From the NCBI GenBank assembly GCA_030141605.1, contig JAQGDQ010001904.1:1-21533 (forward strand): a stretch of 21,533 nucleotides of DNA. The letters are read 5' to 3'. Below the pieces are notes generated by a model that was not told the origin of the DNA, ran no database searches, and saw only the letters and a list, made by a program, of their open reading frames with translations. This DNA comes from Tubiluchus corallicola. Its lineage: Eukaryota > Animalia > Priapulida. Both the position numbers and the translations under genes were made by a program. How positions within the stretch are numbered: position 1 is the stretch's first letter; each line of letters opens with the position of its first letter. This document shows positions 1 to 21,533 of the stretch, piece after piece.

Positions 1-677
1 CTACTTGTTTAGCAGGCTTGGCATCACTGTGTTTGTGTATTATACTTGTTTAGCAGGCTTGGAATCTCTGTGTTTGTGTATTATACTTGTTTAGCAGGCT
101 TGGAATCACTGTGTTTATGTATTATACTTGTTTAGCAGGCTTGGAATCTCTGTGTTTATGTATTATGCTTCTACAGCAGGCTTGGCATCACTGTATTTGT
201 GTATTACAGGCTTGGAATCTCTGTATTTATGTATTATACTTGTTTAGCAGGCTTGGAATCTCTGTGTTTATGTATTATACTTGTTTAGCAGGCTTGGAAT
301 CTCTGTGTTTGTGTATTATACTTGTTTAGCAGGCTTGGAATCTCTGTGTTTGTGTATTATACTTGTTTAGCAGGCTTGGAATCTCTGTGTTTATGTATTA
401 TACTTGTTTAGCAGGCTTGGAATCACTGTGTTTATGTATTATGCTTGTTTAGCAGGCTTTGAATCTCTGTGTTTGTGTATTATACTTGTACAGCAGGCTT
501 GGCATCACTGTATTTGTGTATTATACTTGTTTAGCAGGCTTGGCATCTCTGTGTTTGTGTATTATACTTGTTTAGCAGGCTTGGAATCTCTGTGTTTGTG
601 TATTATACTTGTTTAGCAGGCTTGGAATCACTGTATTTGTGTATTATGCTGCTATAGCAGGCTTGGCATCACTGTGT
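1..677. repeat. 41-bp minisatellite, ~16 copies, runs off the window start
   Basis: Unit TACTTGTTTAGCAGGCTTGGAATCTCTGTGTTTGTGTATTA; starts at 2, 43, 84...; one truncated unit near 205. Confidence 0.95.
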
Positions 678-959
678 AGGTCCTGATTTGAAATTTTCTT
701 CGGCCATTTTACTCTCAACATCTTTGGATTTTAAGTTTTATTTTTCTGGGGAACTTTGCTTGACCACAATTCAGAATTACACAAGAATACAGGTTTTATA
801 AGTGATGACAAAATACGTAGTTTAGTTTCTGAGGAGAGATTCAGATTTTTGCAGATGCTTCTAAACTGAGAATATGGAACCAAGGCAAATATTTTTCTAC
901 GAGCTTCTATCAGCTTCCATGCTTAGTAAACCTCCCAGGTATTTGCCATTCTTCCAGTA
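672..959 (-). mobile_element. Degraded non-LTR retrotransposon (RTE-like clade) reverse transcriptase C-terminal fragment
   Basis: Manual minus-strand translation across frameshifts: YWKNGKYLGGLLSMEAD / RRKIFALVPYSQFRSICKNLNLSSETKLRILSSLIKPVFLCNSELW / MLRVKWPKKISNQDLH. This fits the KYLG...RRK...LS..TKLR.....P.FLY.SE.W...W...ISN..L pattern of RTE-type LINEs. Confidence 0.8.
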
Positions 960-972
960 AGTACCACCATCA

Positions 973-1935
973 CAATGATCACTCCACTTGCTACAGCATT
1001 GCATCAAACACTAATGATCACTCCACTTGCTACAGCATTACATCATACACTAATGATCACTCCACTTATTACAGCATTGCGTCAAACACTAATGATCACT
1101 CCACTTGCTACAGCATTACGTCAAACACCAATGATCACTCCACTTGATACAGCATTACGTCAAACACTAATGATCACTCCACTTGCTACAGCATTACGTC
1201 AAACACCAATGATCACTCCACTTGATACAGCATTACGTCAAACACTAATGATCACTCCACTTGCTACAGCATTACGTCAAACACCAATGATCACTCCACT
1301 TGATACAGCATTACGTCAAACACCAATGATCACTCCACTTGATACAGCATTACATCATACACTAATGATCACTCCAGTTGCTACAGCATTACGTCAAACA
1401 CTAATGATCACTCCACTTATTACAGCGTTGCGTCAAACAGTAATGATCACTCCACTTGCTACAGCATTACGTCAAACACCAATGATCACTCCACTTGATA
1501 CAGCATTACGTCAAACACTAATGATCACTCCACTTGCTACAGCATTACGTCAAACACCAATGATCACTCCACTTGATACAGCATTACGTCAAACACTAAT
1601 GATCACTCCACTTGCTACAGCATTACGTCAAACACCAGTGATCACTCCACTTGATACAGCATTACGTCAAACACCAATGATCACTCCACTTGCTACAGCA
1701 TTACGTCAAACACTAATGATCACTCCACTTGCTACAGCATTACGTCAAACACTAATGATCACTCCAGTTGCTACAGCATTACGTCAGACACTAATGATCA
1801 CGCCAGTTTCTACAACATTACGTCAAACACTAATGATCACTCCACTTATTACAGCATTATGTCAAACACTAAGTCTGCTACACTAATGATCACTCCACTT
1901 ATTACAGCATTATGTCAAACACTAAGTCTGCTATA
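973..1935. repeat. 39-bp minisatellite, ~24 copies
   Basis: Unit AATGATCACTCCACTTGCTACAGCATTACGTCAAACACT; produces the MITPLATALRQTL ORF. Confidence 0.95.
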
Positions 1936-2304
1936 GAAGCATAATTTACATAATTACTATACATCTACATAATTTAACTAACAATATTAACTCAGGATTG
2001 TGGTTAGGTTGCCAAAACTAACTAAACAACACACTGTATTTGTATGAGCGGCAACACTCTTCTTGTGTTGCCAGTCTCGCGACACTGTATTTGTTTGCTT
2101 GGTAACACTGTGATCTTGTGTTTTCAGAAATCGTGTTTATTTTTTAGTTTTTGAAGTTTATCATTTTGTAGCTTTTATAATATCTATTAATTTGTTCTAT
2201 TTTGTAGCATTTATATTATCTATTAGTTTGTTCTTGCCAATAATGCTTGATTGTCAAATAATTGTTTTACTTAATCGTGCCATAGCTAGTATTTATTTTA
2301 ATTT

Positions 2305-2685
2305 AGCCTTTTCACAGTTCCAGCGATTGACGATGATCGTGAAAAGGTCAAAGGTTAAGTGCACCGGACAACGCGTTTGTGTACACTTGACAACGCATTG
2401 CAGCCCATGTTATTGGAATAGTAACAGTTTTAACAACTAGCTAGAACCTTACCAGGTTCATTTTTTCTTTTTCCTAAACAAGATCCTGCTAGTAAATCAC
2501 TCTATACACAGACTAACACACAACTAAGTCCACATAAAGCAAATGAAGTTACTGAATTGACGCGGCACATGGCTTTGCTTTACCCACGTGTCACGTAACG
2601 GTCATAGTTGAGACGTGTTGCTGTGGTACACTTAACCTTTGACCTACAGCAACTGTATGCATACACAATGAAACTGTGAAAGGCT
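2305..2685. mobile_element. MITE-like non-autonomous DNA transposon, family A copy 1
   Basis: Terminal inverted repeats AGCCTTTTCACAGTT / AACTGTGAAAGGCT and subterminal IR AGGTCAAAGGTTAAGTG / CACTTAACCTTTGACCT; homologous to 13909-14480. Confidence 0.8.
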
Positions 2686-2926
2686 TATTATACTACGTGT
2701 ACAGGGTGAACCAAAAGTATTTATTTGCACATTATCATTTCATTTTCTCAGCAGTAAGGAAGTGAGAGAAACAGATGAAAGTCATTATGTTTGGTGGAAA
2801 ATCTAAACAATGTTAGGTCCGGTTAGGAAAAGCATGGGTGACTGCTGGAAAAAGCAGCTCAGAAATTGAGATTTTTTTTACAAGATTTGACTTAGCATGG
2901 ACAGTGCTCCATTTTTAATAAAATAT

Positions 2927-2932
2927 TTTATT
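2927..2932 (-). promoter_or_regulatory. Candidate polyadenylation signal (AATAAA) for SQOR
   Basis: TTTATT on + strand about 320 nt downstream of the stop; a second candidate at 2720-2725. AT-rich context makes chance hits likely. Confidence 0.35.
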
Positions 2933-3251
2933 AAAAAAAGATAAACAGTAAGTGATTTCATTTGATTAGATTGTTTTTAAAATTTTTAAATGCGTGTAAC
3001 AGCCGTTAGAATAGAAAGATTGACAACAAATTTGTTAAAAACCTGATTGAAAAATAAACAACTAACAACAGAACACATATATATAAACAACTAACAAAAT
3101 AACATAGTAATAATAATGCAAATTTTCTAAGGTAAGTAAAATAAAGAAAATTGAAATAAAAAAAGCAATGATTCGTGCAGCAGTACCATCCCACAGGATG
3201 TCTCCTTAATAAAACTTAATTTTTTTTCTTAGTCTGGAAGCCTTGCTGGTA

Positions 3252-21504
<18,253 letters not shown>

Positions 21505-21533
21505 ATTTGCAGCTTTCGTGAAACAGAATTCAC

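Noticed and set aside
856-956. Apparent plus-strand exon (TTTTTGCAG ... GTAAGT)
   Set aside because: Better explained as the antisense of the LINE RT fragment; the translation is unrecognisable.
975-1886. 303-aa ORF of MITPLATALRQTL repeats (mucin- or antifreeze-like look)
   Set aside because: Coincides with a 39-bp minisatellite; a unit length divisible by 3 explains the open frame. No signal peptide, unique domain or exon context.

Overview
AT-rich, repeat-laden animal (probably invertebrate) nuclear DNA, not prokaryotic. The window holds one complete 9-coding-exon gene on the minus strand (CDS 21504 down to 3252; all introns GT-AG with compatible phases; 1335 nt = 444 aa + stop). It encodes a mitochondrial sulfide:quinone oxidoreductase (SQOR/SQRDL) with both catalytic cysteines, plus several substitutions at normally conserved positions. 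Nearly all long ORFs in the track are artefacts of mini/microsatellites. Introns and flanks contain about 8 minisatellites, several microsatellites, MITE-like elements and a degraded RTE-type LINE reverse-transcriptase fragment (672-959, minus). Most unusual: three SQOR splice sites are tandemly duplicated (exon 8 donor x9, exon 7 donor x2, exon 2 acceptor x2), and the 9x array forms potential in-frame 24-nt micro-exons. Also notable are a ~1 kb trinucleotide tract cycling AAT>AGT>AGC>AAC>AAT just upstream of a 54-nt exon, and an inverted repeat pair bracketing exons 2-5. All comparisons with human SQOR are from memory and need an alignment.
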